Origin: an uncultured Acidobacteriota bacterium
GTDB taxonomy: Bacteria > Acidobacteriota > Vicinamibacteria > Vicinamibacterales > 2-12-FULL-66-21
Direction of reading: 5' to 3'
Assembly (NCBI GenBank): GCA_963755695.1
Contig: CAVWLB010000008.1
Coordinates: 798,109-862,108, forward strand
DNA: 64,000 bases
The translations under genes and the position numbers were made by a program. Positions 40,482-52,031 of this stretch are shown here, piece by piece. Numbering within the stretch: the stretch's first letter is position 1; each line of letters begins with the position of its first letter. The notes under the pieces were generated by a model. The model did no database searches, was not told the origin of the DNA, and saw only the letters and a list, made by a program, of their open reading frames with translations.

Positions 40482-42956
40482 TCACGGGCGGCCCAGTTCG
40501 ACCATCACAATCGCGACGCCGAGCGCGCGCGACTCTCCAGGGCGAGGTGTCGAGTGTCCGCTCGTGATGCGGATGCGCACGTCACGGCCGCGCAGGCGCT
40601 CGGGGGAGCACGCGCTCAACGGGAACGAACGGTCCCATGCGCCTGTGTCAACAGTGCCGCTGAACAGCGTGCACTCATTCACGGCGATCGTCAGGGGCGT
40701 CTGCGGCGTCGCGAGGTTCGCGATCGCGATCCTGAGCACCGCCTGCGGATCCGGCTGTTCGCGAAGTCTCACTTCGGCATCGCCGTTCGTCCAGCGGAAC
40801 ACACGGTCGCCGAGCGGCTCGCGATCATAGAACCCGGTCAGCGTCACGTCCCAGTTGCGCGCTTCTCCCAGGATGAGGTTCAGGCGCGGCGGTCGCACGC
40901 TCGAGTGGAGCGCCGGGCGCAGCACCACTCTGTCGCCGTGGGTCGTGATCTCGTAGACGTCGATCGTGTTGATGCCGGGGCGGAACAGCGCCGGCCTTAC
41001 GAGGGCCGCCCACGCGCCCGCGGAGGGCAACGGTGCGGGAACTGACTTCGTGGTCGTCGCAATGATCCCGTTGACGGCGATCGCGAGCGGCACCGCGCTG
41101 ACCGCAGCGGCACCGCTGATGCGTCCGGCCACGAGCGCCGGGACGAAATCGTCCGTCGAATCCTCGTGACTGTAACGCCAGGCGTCGAAAAGCTCCAGCC
41201 GCAGGTCGCTCGTCGTGCCGATCGCCCCACCGGCGACCGGCTGATTGTGGAGGGCGCGGAACGGCGCAGCCTTCGGCAGCCAGACGTTGGCGTGTCCCGA
41301 CCCGTCGAAGAGCTCCGCCTTGCGGCCCGCGGCGGCGAGCACCAGCTCCCACAGTGACGCCGGCAGGTGCATCGTCTGCGTGGCGTCGGCGAAATACACT
41401 CGCTTCTCCAACGCCGGCGGCGCCTGTCCGACGGCCGACACACCGGCTGTCGCGAACGGCAGCGGTGCATGCAGCAGATCGCTGAGCGTCGCCATGACGT
41501 CGACCGCCTGCACGTTGCGGTCCGACACCTCTCGACCGGTATGATGCGGCGGCTTGATAATCAGCGGTACGGCTGCCATTTCGCCAGCTGTGGCATGGCG
41601 CAGTCCCTTCATCGGCTGCCCCGGCGTGAAGCTCACGCCATGATCGGACGTGACCACAATCAGCGCACGGTCGTAGAGCCCTTCGCGTTTGAGTTGCGCG
41701 ATCAGTTTCGACACGAGAGAGTCGACATAGCCGACCTGCAAGAGGTGACGGCGATATGTCTGAAGCGCGTACCACGGGTCCTCGGCCCACGTGCCTTTCC
41801 GGTCCAGCCCGATCATGTCGTCCGCGGTGCTGAAACGACGCCCGTCGGGAAGATAGACGTACGGCTCGTGCGGGAGCAGCACGTGGGCGAAATACAGCGT
41901 GGGCTGCGGATCGTCGGCGGTGATGCCCTCGATGAAGCGCCCGATGGGCACGCGTCGATCCTGATCGCGCGCCGTCAGCCATCGGCCGAACCAGTCGTTG
42001 CGATGGATGAAATCGCGCCAGTCGTCGGTCAGCCGCGGAAGGCCGCTCTTCATCTCCTCCGGCAGCACGATGCGGGCATAGACGACGGAGATGTCCGAGA
42101 GCATCGAGACCTGGCGCGCCCACCGCGGTTCGATCGGCTCGGGGCAGAGCCGGTCCGGACAGAGATCCGTCACCGACTCCAGCGCCTCGATCTGGTAACG
42201 CGAGCCGAACGCGGTGAACAGGTTGTGCGGATAATCGGACGTGATCGGCAACCTTCGTCGATGGGGATAGCTCCCACTCAGAAGCGCGGGAATCGCGAAC
42301 GACGTGAAGTCCGCGGTGGCCGTGGCGTTTCGGTACCAGATCGCGTCGGACGCCAGAGCGGTAAACCCGGGAAAATGACGCGCGTCGATGTCGCCATGCG
42401 CATCGAGAATTGACGGCAAGGGAAGCTGATCGAACACGACGAAGACGACCGGCGTGTCGCCTGGGACCGCAGCCGCCGCATCCGTTGAGGCATCGGTGGG
42501 GAAGACGAACCGTCGCATCGAGGGACGGAGGAGGAATACCAGCGGAAAGACGAGCGCGGCAGTTGACAGGACCGTCACGAACTGGCGGACCGGCGCGTAC
42601 TTCCAATAGACCAGACTGCCGAGCACGCCGTGAAGGAGGGACACGGCCAGCGCTTCCGGAGCGCTCACTCCCGCAACGCTCGCAACGAGCGGCAGCACGA
42701 TCAACGCGACGAAAAGCCCGACCAGCGCGATGGTCACGCCATCAGCTGCGCGCGCGGTGACGCGCCCGACGCCCCACACCAGGAGGCCCAGCAACAGCGG
42801 CACTGCGGCGGACAGCCAGAGTACCAGCAGCAGAATGTCGCCGGCGTCGGCACGGTGAGCGACGAAGAACTCGCCGTTGCGCCGTAACACGTCGTACAGA
42901 GGCTGGGCCAGCGCGAACCCCGCGAGCGTCGAGATGTGGAGCAGCCGGCGCTTCAT
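40482..42956 (-). CDS. Membrane-anchored sulfatase-superfamily transferase (LtaS/OpgB phosphoglycerol- or phosphoethanolamine-transferase-like)
   Basis: 824 aa. About 5 N-terminal TM helices. Periplasmic alkaline-phosphatase-like domain with LIVVTSDHGVSF. The antisense long ORFs are Arg-rich noise. Confidence 0.7.
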   Translation of the reverse strand: MKRRLLHISTLAGFALAQPLYDVLRRNGEFFVAHRADAGDILLLVLWLSAAVPLLLGLLVWGVGRVTARAADGVTIALVGLFVALIVLPLVASVAGVSAPEALAVSLLHGVLGSLVYWKYAPVRQFVTVLSTAALVFPLVFLLRPSMRRFVFPTDASTDAAAAVPGDTPVVFVVFDQLPLPSILDAHGDIDARHFPGFTALASDAIWYRNATATADFTSFAIPALLSGSYPHRRRLPITSDYPHNLFTAFGSRYQIEALESVTDLCPDRLCPEPIEPRWARQVSMLSDISVVYARIVLPEEMKSGLPRLTDDWRDFIHRNDWFGRWLTARDQDRRVPIGRFIEGITADDPQPTLYFAHVLLPHEPYVYLPDGRRFSTADDMIGLDRKGTWAEDPWYALQTYRRHLLQVGYVDSLVSKLIAQLKREGLYDRALIVVTSDHGVSFTPGQPMKGLRHATAGEMAAVPLIIKPPHHTGREVSDRNVQAVDVMATLSDLLHAPLPFATAGVSAVGQAPPALEKRVYFADATQTMHLPASLWELVLAAAGRKAELFDGSGHANVWLPKAAPFRALHNQPVAGGAIGTTSDLRLELFDAWRYSHEDSTDDFVPALVAGRISGAAAVSAVPLAIAVNGIIATTTKSVPAPLPSAGAWAALVRPALFRPGINTIDVYEITTHGDRVVLRPALHSSVRPPRLNLILGEARNWDVTLTGFYDREPLGDRVFRWTNGDAEVRLREQPDPQAVLRIAIANLATPQTPLTIAVNECTLFSGTVDTGAWDRSFPLSACSPERLRGRDVRIRITSGHSTPRPGESRALGVAIVMVELGRP

Positions 42957-43264
42957 GCGCGGCGCACGCCGTGATACAGCACCCGCGTACCGTCCCGGAG
43001 TGGTTTGCGAGCGACGATGCAGAAGTGCGTCGCCAACGTCGGTTCGAAGTGTGCCTGTTCGTAGTCGGTGTACTGATCGTCCTTGCTCAACAGCAGCCGG
43101 CGGACCATCGCGTCCTGCTTCGAGACGAATTCGATCACGACGCCTCCGCCAAGACCTGCAATCGAGTTCACGAACTCGACGCGTGGGATGTTGCCGGCAA
43201 TCACCACGTGATGGATGAGCGCCACGTCCATCGCGTTCGCCAACGGTCTATTCGATCGGGACAA
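42953..43264 (-). CDS. Small VOC/glyoxalase-like protein, translationally coupled to the downstream transferase
   Basis: 103 aa. ATGA overlap with the 40482..42956 gene. Confidence 0.4.
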   Translation of the reverse strand: MSRSNRPLANAMDVALIHHVVIAGNIPRVEFVNSIAGLGGGVVIEFVSKQDAMVRRLLLSKDDQYTDYEQAHFEPTLATHFCIVARKPLRDGTRVLYHGVRRA

Positions 43265-43639
43265 CGCGCCGACGCTCGATCAAGCTACGCTGCATTGGCA
43301 AGATATCTCGCATCCGTTACTGGGTACATGTGCGCGCGTGAGCGCAATGTAGATGTTGTTGGCCGGACAGCGACACAACAACGGCGTTATGAACCTGTAC
43401 CGCGCGTGTTTCAGGGCCGACGCGGATCATCTGTTCAGGATCGTGAAGGAGCTGGCTCCTTGACCGGTAAAACCGGCGTCCCCGACCAAAATACTACCCG
43501 CTATTGCCAACAATAGGTTCTGCGGTCTTCTACCGGCATCGCGGCCACCGCTGGTCCATTGAGGCTCGGTGCACTGCGAAACAGCTCTGCTCGATCGAGA
43601 TCCCATTTCTTCGAAGTCGCTGCCATTGGCGCTGCAGTC

Positions 43640-45060
43640 GATAACAGTCACAACTCGCGCATGAAGCAGGCGAGCGATGGCGGGACTTCAGGCGCAGGCG
43701 CTGCGGACGCACGCCGTCACGCCGCTGGTGCGGTTCGAAGGCCTGCCCGGTGAGTTTTCGCAGCACGACTTCGGCGAGGTGTGGGTCGCGTATCAGGACG
43801 GCACCGAAGAGAAGGTGCATTTTTTGCCTCGCGTTTGAAATACTCTCGCTGGGTCGAGGTCACGCTCGTGCCCGATGAGCGCGTCGAGACGCTCGTCCGC
43901 GCGCTGGTCGAGCATCTCGCCGCCTTCGGCGGCATTCCGTTGGTCTCCGGTCTTTGATCGGCCAAAGACGATCGCGCTCAGATGGGGACGCGATGGCGTG
44001 GTGACGGAGTGGAATCCGACGTTTGCTGGCGTGGCGCTCGATCTCGGCATCGGCGTCGATGTGTGCTGGCCGTATCGCCCGCAGAGAAAGGGAGTGTCGA
44101 GAATATGGTCGGCTGGGTCAAGGACTCGTTCTTCAAGCAGCGCCGATTCCTCGACCGCGCGCGATCTCGAGCGACAGCTGCGCGACTGGCTCACCAGGCA
44201 AATAGCGACTCCGGCGAGGGCGTGCCGCCGGCCGTCGCGCATCGTCGAGGATCGCGCGCGGCTGCGCCCGCTAAAAGTCGCACCGGCGGATCTGGCGCTG
44301 CGGATTCCGGTGAGCGTGAATCCGACCGGTGTGGTCATCCACGACGGCCATCCCTACTCGATGCCGCCAGACGCGATCGGCTTGCCGGGCACGCTGTGTC
44401 TCTATCGCGATCACCTCCGCATCATCGCCGGTCGCTTCAGTGCCGACCATGAGCGGAAATTTCAGCCGGGCGACAGTTCGATCCTGCCCGACACGCGCAG
44501 CGCGTGGCAGCCGTCTCCGGGAAACGCGCGCGGCGGTATCTGCAGCGTCAGCATCTGATCGATCTCGGAGCGGCGGCCCTCGCGTATCTGACCGAGCTAA
44601 CGCACCGGCGCCCGCCCGCAGCGCTCATCGACGACCTCTCGGCAGCCTTTCGCGCCGGCGAGCTGGCGAACGCGCTGCCGACCTACACGCATCCGGCCGT
44701 CCTATTGGTCGATGAAGTCGGCTACCTCACCTACGGCACCGACGCCGCCAACATGCTCTTTCACGTCGTCAACGAGCGCCATCGGCGGCATCGCCGATGA
44801 TCTTCACCACGAACAAATCGCTGAAGGCGTGGGGGCGCGTGCTGCACGACGAGGACCTGGCGCAGGCCATCATCGATCGCGTGCTCGAACGCGGCCGACT
44901 CCTGCGGCTCGACGGCCCCTCGGTCCGCACCCTGCACGTCAACCTTGACGACGCGATGAAAGAGGATTCAGATCAGGACGCCGATCTGGTCAGAATTTCC
45001 GGAAAAAGGCGATCAGAATTTCCGGAACCCACAATCAGGCTGCCCGGATGAGCCAGGGTC
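43640..45060 (+). mobile_element. Decayed IS21-family element (istA and istB remnants, frameshifted, N-termini missing)
   Basis: IstA pieces: VRFEGLPGEFSQHDFGEVWV, KYSRWVEV, CWPYRPQRKG...VENMVGWVKDSFF. IstB pieces: LLVDEVGYLTYGTDAANMLFHVVNERH and IFTTNKSLKAWGRVLHDEDLAQAIIDRVLERGRLLRL. Confidence 0.75.
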
Positions 45061-45069
45061 GAAAATCTC

Positions 45070-45456
45070 TCATGCCGGGCTGCTCGATGGAGCTGGGAGC
45101 AGTTCGACGCGATAGCCGAGGCTTCGGAGTTCGCGGATCATCTTGCGCGCGCGCACCTTCTTCGCCTCGGCGCTGACGGCCGGCCCGCGTTCTTCGTAGC
45201 GCACGCGCTGGTGCAGGATCTTCCAGATCAATCGACACAGCCGGTGGGTGATGGCGCCGATGGCCTGGGCATGGCCGAGGCGGGGGACGAGCCGGCGATA
45301 CACGATGGCGAAGATCGTGCCCTTGGCCTTCACGGCGGCATTGGCGGCCTGATTGAGGACGCGTCGCATCTGGCGATTGCCTTTCGGACAGCGGTGACTG
45401 GCTGGTGTGCCGGGTTTTTTCACGGCGGCGTATTTGATTGAGGCCTGGGGCCGCAA
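45070..45456 (-). mobile_element. IS110-family transposase C-terminal fragment
   Basis: GNRQMRRVLNQAANAAVKAKGTIFAIVYRRL...AIGAITHRLCRLIWKIL matches the IS110 C-terminus. No N-terminal catalytic domain. Confidence 0.5.
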
Positions 45457-45829
45457 ACCCGCATGCGTCGCGGCGCTGGTTGGCGCTGCTGTGTCGGCGT
45501 GGTTTTATGGAACGGCGGCGAGCGAGGCCAGGCTCTTTGCGTGGGGCCTCGCGTTGCAATTCTGCCAATTCGGGATGTGGTCAGTCCTCTATGTGTACAC
45601 GCCCGAGTTGTATCCGACGAGGGCGCGAGCGACGGGAGTGGGATTCGCGTCCGCTATCGGCCGGCTCGGATCGTTGCTGGGTCCATTTGCGGTCGGAGTG
45701 ATTCTTCCGCTCGCAGTGCAAGCCGGAGTGTTTGCGTTAGCCGCAGGCGCCTTCCTGCTCGCGGCGTTGATTGTGGTGCTGCTCGGCACCGAGACTCGTG
45801 GCAAGACCCTTGAGATGATTTCAGTCTGA
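45440..45829 (+). pseudogene. MFS (sugar-porter type) transporter C-terminal fragment, truncated by IS remnants
   Basis: [32 protein letters not shown]...[13 protein letters not shown]. Confidence 0.55.
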
Positions 45830-45850
45830 GGGTTCATCTGAGGTTGCGAC

Positions 45851-46686
45851 ATGGCGGAGCATAAGCCGGATTACCGACTCGCTGGGGGAGGTCGCCACGA
45901 GGCGGAAGACGATTGGTTGGGACTATTGGAGCGCATCTTCGACCCGCTCTCGCGCCGACGACGCGAACTGGTCCGGCCTGGCTGGCGGTGTCTCGAGGTC
46001 GGCGCCGGCCGGGGTATCCATGGCGGTGTGGCTCGCTGAGCAGGTTGGCGAGAGCGGCCACGTCGTGGCGACGGACATCGATCTCACCTACCTGCAGCGA
46101 CTCAATCGTCCGAACCTCGAGGTGCGCAAGCACAACATCCTCGAGGATCCTTTAGACGCGCTCGAGCCGGGCTCGTTCGACCTGGTCTGCTCGCGTTTGA
46201 TGTTGTTCTGGCTCGCCGGAAAACAGGAGTTGGCGATCCGGCGCATGGTGGAGTGCTTGCGGCCAGGAGGATGGCTCGTCGACGAGGACGGTGATTGGGG
46301 TACGATTGCTCCGGTGGATCCGGCTCATCCCTACTCTGCCCAGTACCGATCGCATCCATCGAGGGGGCGAGTGGTGGACGTCGCGCGGCTATGACCCGAT
46401 CTTTGGACGCAAGCTCCCGATCCTGTTCGAGCGTTGCGGCTTAGAGAACATCAGCCACGCGGCAACGGCCGAAGTTGTACGCGGCGATAGCCAGTGGGCG
46501 CGATGGTGGCAGGACACCCTGGAAGGCATCCGCGAGTGGGAGCGGGCTAACGGTCGACTGACTGAGTCGCAGGAAGAGGAGTACAGGCCACTCATGGCCC
46601 CCTGGACCGACGCGTCGTTCTGGTTCATGAACGCGCTTATTCACGGCTGCCAGGGCCAGCGTCCTGCACAGAATCAGCATCATTGA
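45851..46686 (+). pseudogene. Class I SAM-dependent methyltransferase, 2 frame breaks
   Basis: Motif I CLEVGAGRG followed by VVATDID. Continues in 2 further frames. Confidence 0.55.
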
Positions 46687-47004
46687 TTTTCCGCAACTCC
46701 GAGAGTGACCTCAAATGGCGGCTGGCACACGCGCGTGATTTTCGTGGTGATTCGGTTGTGTGAGCGCGTATGAGTATCGAGGGCCACGCAGGCGTTTTGT
46801 CATCCGCGCCGGCGAGAACCTGCCGAAGCGGTGACCCACGCGATGACGAACTCGCAGGAGACCATCCTTACCAGCCCCGAGTAAAGCGGAAGCGGCACGG
46901 CAAGAGCGCTCGAAACGCGGCGGCTAGAGTTTGCGCAGCTCGTTAAGTGTTCTGCCGAGTCTCATGCCGAGTTAGGCCGCACGAATAACCCAGTTGCGGA
47001 AATT
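46685..47004. repeat. ~320-bp non-coding segment bounded by imperfect inverted repeats (MITE-like)
   Basis: Left GATTTTCCGCAACTCC. Right end as reverse complement is CAATTTCCGCAACTGGGTT. A third copy, ATTTCCGCAACTGG, lies at 40335. Confidence 0.35.
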
Positions 47005-47187
47005 GTCGCGAACACCCAGCCACAACATTTTCCCTGTATTTTCAACACGTTGCGGCGCAGCGTGATTCCACTATAGAGCTCGTCCAGCGGATCGCTGGAG
47101 CTGAAACGCGATCTCCAGCCCGCCGTCGCCCTGATACGCCAGTTGGCGTTTGAGGCGATCCTTAAGACCGACCCAGGTCAAGAATCC

Positions 47188-47604
47188 TCACGACGCGTGT
47201 GCCTTCGACCGACGGAACTCGGTGACGAGCTCGCTGACGTCCGCTGGCTCCTCGAATGCGACGATCTTGCCGCTTCCGAACGTAAACACGTGCACCCACC
47301 GGAAGTCCACGAGCCTACCGCCCTTTGGGCCCTCCCGGCTGGTGCCGAGCACGACGACCTTCTCGCCTGCGGCCAGAAAGTCTTGAGGCTGGAAATCGAC
47401 GATGTCGAAAGTGTTCAACAGGAGCCCGAAGAACTCGCGGACCGCGGGAACGCCCTGACGAAGACCGGCCGTCGGTAGGTCGGGAGCGCCAGGTGTCCGC
47501 CAGGACACCCGCGGATCGAGTGGCGCGAGGATGCCGTCGAGGTCGCCGCGGCCGAAAGCGGCATAAAGGCCGCGAACGACGTCGAGATTCTGCTGCTCGC
47601 TCAT
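47188..47604 (-). CDS. SnoaL/NTF2-like small protein
   Basis: 138 aa. MSEQQNLDVVRGLYAAFGRGDLDGI is the SnoaL_2 N-terminus. Confidence 0.55.
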   Translation of the reverse strand: MSEQQNLDVVRGLYAAFGRGDLDGILAPLDPRVSWRTPGAPDLPTAGLRQGVPAVREFFGLLLNTFDIVDFQPQDFLAAGEKVVVLGTSREGPKGGRLVDFRWVHVFTFGSGKIVAFEEPADVSELVTEFRRSKAHAS

Positions 47605-47965
47605 CTTGCCTCCCTGAAGGAGCGCGAGTATACAACGCGAGCGCTAAGGTGTGGCCTGGATGAAGCACAACGTCACCAAGGCGACAACAGTTCCTCCGCT
47701 ATCCGGGTGTCCTTCAACTCGATCGAAGAATCTACGACCGAGCCACGATCCCAAACTCCTCCCGCCACGCGGGCCTCCTCCTTGCCGTCGAGCACGTGGA
47801 TGAAATTGATCGATGGCGGGGGTGGACTCGCGCGGTCGGTCCGCGGCCGTAAGCGACCTGGTCAACGTCGAGCGCGCGATGCGCCTCCAACCCGCGGCGC
47901 GTTGCTGAGCGACGTTCGGCATCGAGCGAGAGACGCAACCAGGCGCGTTGTATCGCCGGCGGTGT

Positions 47966-49960
47966 TCAAGAAGACTTTTTGGCTCCGGCCTCCACGAACA
48001 CGTACTCGTGCTGCGCATCGCGCGTGATCAGTCGGCGCTTGCCGTCCTTGTCGGCGACGACGAACTCGAACCCGTCCAGCGTCGGATCGATCGTGATGAA
48101 CGAGATCGTCCCGTCGTCGTTCTTCCTCGAGGCAACAGCGCTCTTCCACTCGCCGACATCGAAGAGCGTCGTCTGGCCGTCCTTCAGGATCGTGACCTCG
48201 CCGAGCGCACTGCTCACGTATCGTGGAGCCAGCTTCGCAACCACCGCCGAGTCGGCCGGCACTACGAGCCGCTCGCGCGCCTTGGCGATCGCCGCTTTCC
48301 GCTGCGCCGCCGCGACCCTTAGCATCTGCTCCGCCTCCGGCTTGCCGTCGAACAGCACTTCGAGCAGCCGCCTGAGGAGCGGTCCCCGGATGAGCACGCC
48401 AGAGTCGGCGTTGGTGAGAATCACGGCGCCGACGCCGTGATCGGGCAGCCAGATCATGTCGCTGTGATATCCCGCGAGGTCGCCGCCGTGATGGACCACG
48501 GGAATGCCGTACTTGGTATCGACCATCAACGCCATCCCGTAGGTGACGTTCTCGCCGACGATGACGTTGGGCTTGTACCGCGCCAGAAGTTCTCCTGCGA
48601 CACGAGACGCCGGCCGTTCGGAAGCATCCCTTTGGCGAGTTCCATCTCGACGTACTTCGCCAACTCCCGCGGGCTCGTCCAGACGCCTCCCGCCGGCCGG
48701 ACCGGCACGATGGAATAGTTCAAGTCCATGGGCGCCCGAACGACCTTTCCGTCCACGTCGTCGCCGTGGGGCTGCGCAACGTCCCCCTTCAGCGCTTTCG
48801 CGAAGTCGAACGTCGTCGTCGTCATCCCGAGCGGCTCGAACACCTTCGTCCGCATAGCTTCATCGTAGGCGGCCCCCCATTCCTTCTGCGGCACGGCCTT
48901 CGAGGCGCCGATGAAACCGGCCGCCGCCGCCATCAGGTTGCTATATTGAAAGACTTCGCCGAAACGGCTCGTGGGCTGCATCGTTCCGAGGAGTTTCAGC
49001 GCCGAGGCCGGCGTCTCGGCGCGGTACTCGAACAGCCACTCGAGATCCTGCCGCGGCATCCCGGTGCAAGCACAGATGAGATGCTGCACCTGGACCTGCT
49101 TCGTCGTCGCCTCATCTCCGAGCTTGAATGTCGGGAGAAGTTCGGTCACTGGCTGGTCCCAGTGCATCTTTCCTTCGTCTACCAACTCGGCGAGGAGGAG
49201 AGTCGTCAGCGCCTTTGTGTTCGACGCCGCGATGAAGAGCGTGTCGGCGTCGACGGCCTCGGGTTTTCCCACCTCCTTCACACCGAGGCCCCCCGCCCAG
49301 ACTGTCTTGCCACCGTCGATGAAGGCCAGCCCGACGCCGGGCGTGTCGAGCATCTTCATCCCGCTCGCCACGAATTCCTTCAGGATGGAGAGGCGTCCAT
49401 CGTCCAGCGGGTTCGCTTTCCTGCCGGCGAACGATTCACGGGTATACCCCTTGGGCCGCAGGCTTTGCAGAGCGAGATTCAACGGCGCTCCGCGTTTCTC
49501 GAACGTGGGCTCGGTTCCGTCAACGAGAACGACCGTCCACGCCTCGCCGGCTCGCGAGGCGAAAGCGGAGACGACGGCCCGTTCGTTCGGCGATGTCTCG
49601 TACTGAAAGACTTTCTGCTCATCCCAGCCCTCGCGGGCCGCGCGCGGCAAGGCGATCTTCAGGGGCCGTTTGAAGCCAGGCATGTACGCGGCCCACGCCG
49701 CCGCGACGGCCGCGTCAGCGTCGCTGCGCCTTCACGTCAACGATGGCGATGTGGGAATCCGGCTCGGGTGGGTCGAGAACTACCATCGACGGCTTTGTCG
49801 TCAACGTCCATCCGGCGGGAGCCGTGAAGGTCGTCCCAGCCGGTGTCATCCGCGGTGAATCCTCTTTCACCCGCTCGGACGGAACAGCCGGCGTCTGACC
49901 GATGCCGGGTACGACGATGAGAAGGGCCCATCCGAGCCCGATAGTGAAGCGTCGAAGCAT
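47966..49960 (-). CDS. Secreted beta-lactamase-family serine hydrolase with C-terminal extension (2 apparent frameshifts)
   Basis: Signal peptide piece at 49715-49960. S-x-x-K motif FIAASNTKALT. HGG...G region in the downstream ORF. The pieces join only by frame switches near 48535 and 49700. Confidence 0.65.
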
Positions 49961-50492
49961 GGCAACCCTCCGTTCTAAAGAGCCGCGGTTAGCATAGCGC
50001 GTCAGCGAGTTATGAGTTGCGCGCACCGACCCTTCCGGCGCTCCAAAGCAGGAAGCAGCGCTGTCGGCATCCAGCCCGTTTCGAGTTGAGTCTACTGATC
50101 TATCAGTTCGTCAGGTAGAGGCGGTCGTGTCGCTCCACGCCTTACGTGGACGATCGGCACAAGCTGGGCATCCTCGTGGACGGTGTGAAGAAGAAGATGC
50201 GATAGACGTGAGGCCTGTGATCGTAGCTCAGGACTCGGACCAGCTGATTCGGGTCGACGCTTTCGGGCGCGACAGGGCAGCGTCGAGACCGTTGAACCAG
50301 CATTCGACCGGTGAGGCGGTCATCGTACGCGCGATCTAGCATCTCCTGTACGCACTGGTACCGCGCCTGGACCGTCGTGTCGCGCCGAGCAGCATGGGCG
50401 CCAGAATGGGTTTGGCTATGGGAGGCGACGGAATGGCGGCTGAAGCGCTGGAGGTACCCCAGGTGTGGAGGTCCTCCAGCGTCAGAGCCGCC

Positions 50493-51527
50493 TCAGAAGC
50501 GGGTGCGGACGCCGATGACGAACGGGATCGTCCACCGCGCGCTGTCGTCGTTGATCTTCGCGAGGCCGGTACCAACGAGGGCATCTACCTGAGAGAGTCC
50601 CGTCACGTAGCGAAGGCCGATCTGGAAGTCGAGGTCGGCTCGATCGGCGATTGGGACGAGAATCCCGCCGTTCACGCCGAGGGTGAACGCGGCGGTGCGA
50701 TCGTAGAAATCGGTCGCGTTCAGCACCACGTTCGCCTGCGGCGCCGCGAGCAGGACGTCGATCTCGTTGATGAACGCGATGCCGAGCGTACCCTCCGCGT
50801 ACGGCGTCACGCGACCCCAGCGCTGCGCCGAGTAGCGGCGGTACCCGAAATCGAGGCCGAATGTCTTGTAGTCGTCGTACTGCCCGTACAGGTTCGAGAG
50901 CCCGATGTCGCCCATCCGCGTGAGATCGGCACCGAGCGACTGATACGTGAAGCAGGCCCGGACCTCGCTGTCTTCGTTCAGCATATAGCCGCCGCCGAAC
51001 CGGAGGTGGAACCCCGTGCCGTAGACGTCGTCGTACGTGTTCTTCGTGAAGACCACCGCCTGGTCGTTCAGAGTGCCGATCGCTCCCGAATTGATGTTCC
51101 CGCTGATGCCGTTGTCAAAGCCAAACCCGATATCGACGCTCCAGCGGTAATCGCTGGCAGGCGCGGGCTGAGCCTGCGGCCTGGGCACGGGTACGAGGGT
51201 GATGCGCAACTCCTCGATTGCGCCCTCACTGGCCGTCTCCGGCAGCACGACCGTGACTTCCGACGGCAGGAATCCCGCGAGGCTGATCCTGACGCGCCGC
51301 TTCCCGGGCGTGCCCGGCGTGATTGCGAAGCGCCCGTCAACGGCGGTGACCGTCGTCATACCCGGGAGGTCCAGCGAGATAACGGCTCCGGGTAGCGGCG
51401 CGCCCGTCGGATCGACCACGATGCCGCGTATCGTCGGCAGCCGTTGGGGCACCGCGCCCAGGGCTGTGGAGGCGAAGGCCGACAGGGAGAGTGCGAGGAG
51501 AAAGCGAGACAGGTATGCCATGCGCAT
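50493..51527 (-). CDS. Outer-membrane beta-barrel protein with N-terminal CarbopepD_reg-like domain
   Basis: Signal peptide MRMAYLSRFLLALSLSAFASTALG. IRGIVVDPTGAPLPGAVISL...VDGRFAI. Gly/Tyr-rich alternating strands. C-terminal Phe. Confidence 0.6.
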   Translation of the reverse strand: MRMAYLSRFLLALSLSAFASTALGAVPQRLPTIRGIVVDPTGAPLPGAVISLDLPGMTTVTAVDGRFAITPGTPGKRRVRISLAGFLPSEVTVVLPETASEGAIEELRITLVPVPRPQAQPAPASDYRWSVDIGFGFDNGISGNINSGAIGTLNDQAVVFTKNTYDDVYGTGFHLRFGGGYMLNEDSEVRACFTYQSLGADLTRMGDIGLSNLYGQYDDYKTFGLDFGYRRYSAQRWGRVTPYAEGTLGIAFINEIDVLLAAPQANVVLNATDFYDRTAAFTLGVNGGILVPIADRADLDFQIGLRYVTGLSQVDALVGTGLAKINDDSARWTIPFVIGVRTRF

Positions 51528-52031
51528 TGTCGAGAATCCGTTGTTCGAGAAGTTTCCGCAGGACCGCCACCATGCCGGTATACGACACCCGTGCTCCTCG
51601 GAGAGCAGGGGTTTGGAGCCATTCTGCAACCGTTTTGCTTGAGGAAGCTACTCAGGTCAATGCAGATTATTGCGCAGGCGCCGCTGCTCTAGTCGAGCTT
51701 GAGTCGAACCTTGCTGTTCCGCTGCGGTCAGCAGCGAGTCGCGAATTTCGTCCCTGGCCCCAGCCAGCTCATACGCCAAACGCGCCTCTCCCTACACCTG
51801 TAGAACGCAACCTGGGAGCCAACGGCTTGACTCGCGAGTGCCAATGCAACGTGCATCCAGGATCCGCCGGCTGACACGCGATCAGCTCGCCCAAGATCGA
51901 GCGCGCGAATTTGGGATGAGGCTGAGGATCCTGAGGGTGAGGAAACGTGAGGCCATTAACAGTATCCCCTCACACCACCCCATTCTTCAAGACTGTTTGT
52001 TGGCCCGCAGGACGGGTATCATCGCCGGCCC

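Noticed and set aside
40825-42606. 593-aa minus-strand ORF
   Set aside because: An alternative frame of the sulfatase-family gene region, Arg/Gly-rich. The 824-aa frame carries the TM helices and the SDHG motif.
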